A stretch of DNA of 14,243 bases from positions 31,354 through 45,596 of the forward strand of contig NC_000959.1 of NCBI RefSeq assembly GCF_000008565.1, given 5' to 3'. Position numbers and translations under genes: made by a program. Origin of the DNA: Deinococcus radiodurans R1 = ATCC 13939 = DSM 20539. Lineage in GTDB: Bacteria; Deinococcota; Deinococci; Deinococcales; Deinococcaceae. A model generated the notes under the pieces. It was not told the origin of the DNA, did no database searches, and saw only the letters and a program-made list of their open reading frames with translations. Shown here piece by piece: positions 14,223 to 14,243 of this stretch; the first letter of the stretch is position 1; each line of letters opens with the position of its first letter.

Positions 14223-14243
14223 AAGGTATTCAGGTTCAACGGA

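Noticed and set aside
1-14243. CRISPR array, rRNA or tRNA genes
   Set aside because: There are no regularly spaced direct repeats and no recognisable rRNA or tRNA sequence on either strand.

Overview
Accessory, IS-rich region with no rRNA, tRNA or CRISPR array that I can see. The left third (1-3618, GC-rich) holds four things. First, the 5' end of an IS66-like transposase running off the left edge on the minus strand. Second, a 432-aa orphan ORF with an HTH-like segment. Third, a decayed IS4-family element (2413-3618, frameshifted transposase). Fourth, a 340-bp remnant of a related IS4 copy (2074-2412) abutting it. The rest looks like one plus-strand operon for a ribosomally synthesised, post-translationally modified peptide (RiPP). 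It begins with two tiny translationally coupled ORFs that are absent from the ORF track (26 aa at 3686-3766, 33 aa at 3766-3867); the first has a near-consensus Shine-Dalgarno. An IS5-family element (3902-4808, TA duplication) is inserted just downstream of them. Then come a radical SAM/SPASM enzyme, a small PqqD-like protein (putative RiPP recognition element), a B12-binding radical SAM enzyme, a NodU/CmcH-type carbamoyltransferase with a long C-terminal extension, a TldD-like (HExxxH) plus PmbA/TldE-like peptidase pair, an MFS transporter and a 234-aa orphan. Three successive gene junctions overlap by ATGA and one by 8 nt. Every family call rests on motifs read by eye from the translations. 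I do not recognise this combination as a described RiPP class, but no database search was possible. The pathway may be damaged: IS insertions sit at and inside it, a conserved SPASM cysteine reads as serine, and the coupled start of the TldE-like gene is out of frame.
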